This document shows, in pieces, positions 52,467-54,160 of a DNA stretch of 54,160 nucleotides; position 1 is the first letter of the stretch; each line of letters begins with the position of its first letter. The stretch is taken from contig DKII01000092.1 of the NCBI GenBank assembly GCA_002454125.1, positions 1 to 54,160 of the forward strand, read 5' to 3'. A program made the position numbers and the translations under genes. The stretch comes from Novosphingobium sp. UBA6722 (lineage in GTDB: Bacteria > Pseudomonadota > Alphaproteobacteria > Sphingomonadales > Sphingomonadaceae). The notes under the pieces were generated by a model, which had not been told where the DNA came from, made no database searches, and was given only the letters and a program-made list of their open reading frames with translations.

Positions 52467-53582
52467 ATGTTCCAGGATGTCAACGGCTTCGAGCCGCAAC
52501 TGCGCGTAATCGATGGCCAGCCGCGCGATCGCGGTGAGCCGCTGGGCCTGGCCCGGCTCGAGCGGGCCAAGCGCGCCTTCACCACTCGCCGGGTCGAATT
52601 CAGCTCCGGCATGCGGCTGCTGCGCTCTGGCCAGCCGCAAGCGGGCGATCTGGTGCTCGCGCGGATCGAAACCCTCGGCCAGCACCAGCGCGTGGAATCG
52701 CCCCACGGCCGCCGCGCTCAGCTTTACGAGGGCGACGAGATCGTTGTCGCCTATGGCGAGCGCTATGCCCCTGATCAGTTCGAGGCGGTGGTCCCTGAAG
52801 ATCTTGGACCCTGCGATCTGGTGGCTGGGGGCGGCGTTGCCGGCAAGGTGCTCAGCCGCCATGCCAGGATCAAGCGGGCGACCCGGATTCAGCCGATTGG
52901 CTTGATCGCGGACAGCTTTGGCCGCCCGGTCAACCTGGCCCGGCACGCCCTTCCCCTGCGCGCGCTGCGCGAAGACCGGCCGCAGGTGATTGCCGTTGCC
53001 GGCACCTCGATGAACGCCGGCAAGACCACGACGGCGGCCGGCCTGATCCACGGCCTCAGCCGCGCGGGGCTGAAGGTTGCCGCAACCAAGGTGACCGGCA
53101 CCGGTTCGGGCGGCGATGTCTGGTCGATGGTCGATGCCGGGGCCGCGCGTGTGCTTGATTTCACCGACATGGGCCACGCCTCGACCGCTGGCCTGCCGCA
53201 TGAGCGGATCGAGGCTGTTGCGCTCTCCCTGATCGCTCACTCTGCCGCCGAAGGGGCTGACGTGGTGGTGGTCGAAATCGCCGATGGAGTGCTCCAGCGC
53301 GAAACCGCCGCGCTGCTCGCCACCCCGGCCTTCCGCGCCGCGATCGATGGCGTGCTGTTTGCAGCCGGCGATGCCCTTGGCGCGATCGGCGGGCGCGACT
53401 GGCTCCTGGCCCATGGCCACAACGTGATCGGCGTTTCGGGCCTGGTCAGCGCCTCGCCGCTGGCCACTCGCGAAGCTTCTGCCGCGATGGGCCAGCCGGT
53501 GCTGCTGCTCGATCAGCTACGCGATCCGGTCTTCGCTCCGCAGCTCGCCTTCGCCGCCGCACCTGCAGTCGCCCAGGCATGA
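52467..53582 (+). CDS. DUF1611-like P-loop NTPase
   Basis: AGTSMNAGKT, KVTGTGSGGD, DFTD.G..ST, EIADG.LQRET; AGGAGG RBS. Confidence 0.75.
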   Translation: MFQDVNGFEPQLRVIDGQPRDRGEPLGLARLERAKRAFTTRRVEFSSGMRLLRSGQPQAGDLVLARIETLGQHQRVESPHGRRAQLYEGDEIVVAYGERYAPDQFEAVVPEDLGPCDLVAGGGVAGKVLSRHARIKRATRIQPIGLIADSFGRPVNLARHALPLRALREDRPQVIAVAGTSMNAGKTTTAAGLIHGLSRAGLKVAATKVTGTGSGGDVWSMVDAGAARVLDFTDMGHASTAGLPHERIEAVALSLIAHSAAEGADVVVVEIADGVLQRETAALLATPAFRAAIDGVLFAAGDALGAIGGRDWLLAHGHNVIGVSGLVSASPLATREASAAMGQPVLLLDQLRDPVFAPQLAFAAAPAVAQA

Positions 53583-54160
53583 TCGCGCTGCTAGACCGGC
53601 GCCGAGGACGGCTGCTGGCCGGCGTGCTGGCCGTGGCGCTGGTTCAGCTGGGCGCGACGATTGCCGTGGCGCGGGCGCTGCACGGACCCGCCGTGGTTTG
53701 GCCAGCTGCGGCCGGTGCAGCAATGCTGGCCTTTGGCTGCGAAGCGCTGCTGCGGCGGCTGAGCGAAGGGCTGGGGCTCAATTACGTCACCGCTGTGCGC
53801 GATGCGCTGTTCAGGCACCTGATGCAGGTCGATCCGGCCGTGGTGCAGAGCCGCCGCCATGGCGCCATGCTGCAGAGCTTCGTTGGCGACCTGACCGCGC
53901 TGCGCCAGTGGGTGGCCGAAGGGATCATGCGCGCGGGACTCGCGCTGATCGCGCTGACTGGCCTGCTGGGCTGGCTGGCCTGGACCGCACCCGCGCTGGG
54001 CCTGACCGCGCTGGCGATTGCCGCCCTGGCCTGCCTTGTCGGAGCGGCGCTGCTGCGTCCCCTGGCGCGCGCCGTGCAGGCGGTCCGCAAGGAGCGCGGC
54101 ACGGTAGCAGCCTTTGCTTCAGAGCGGCTGGCCGCCAGCGCCACGGTCCTGGCCTGCGCC
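53579..54160 (+). CDS. ABC exporter transmembrane domain, runs off window end (not in ORF track)
   Basis: ATGA overlap; open to end: MIALLDRRRGRLL...VRDALFRHL...RRHGAMLQSFVGDLTALRQW, hydrophobic helices. Confidence 0.8.
   Translation, partial: MIALLDRRRGRLLAGVLAVALVQLGATIAVARALHGPAVVWPAAAGAAMLAFGCEALLRRLSEGLGLNYVTAVRDALFRHLMQVDPAVVQSRRHGAMLQSFVGDLTALRQWVAEGIMRAGLALIALTGLLGWLAWTAPALGLTALAIAALACLVGAALLRPLARAVQAVRKERGTVAAFASERLAASATVLACA

Overview
High-GC alphaproteobacterial DNA, most consistent with a sphingomonad (Novosphingobium-like; inferred from gene content). It has five blocks. (1) ~1-9.4 kb: a TIR-TM-TolB_N/TPR receptor-like gene and a small repeat-tailed lipoprotein face a translationally coupled operon of three signal-peptide-bearing proteases (WD40-caspase, caspase, trypsin-type zymogen with an R|IVGG activation site). 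This is the best candidate for an undescribed system, possibly an extracytoplasmic protease cascade feeding a TIR receptor. (2) ~9.4-20.5 kb: catabolic enzymes (amidohydrolase, TauD-like, Rieske oxygenase, SnoaL, SDR, CoA ligase, flavin monooxygenase). (3) ~20.5-36.9 kb: a pectin/hexuronate utilisation locus with a LacI regulator and five copies of a TGACACCGGT(T/A)NCN operator. (4) ~36.9-50.5 kb: a PhyR-NepR-EcfG general stress island with nine G(G/C)AAC-N16-NGTT promoters. (5) ~50.8-54.2 kb: a low-complexity-protein / DUF1611-like / ABC transporter cluster with three GGAATA-N15-CGTT promoters. No rRNA, tRNA, CRISPR array or transposase was recognised. All product calls come from motif recognition by eye, not database searches. 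Start codons were often reassigned from the ORF track using RBS and overlap evidence.
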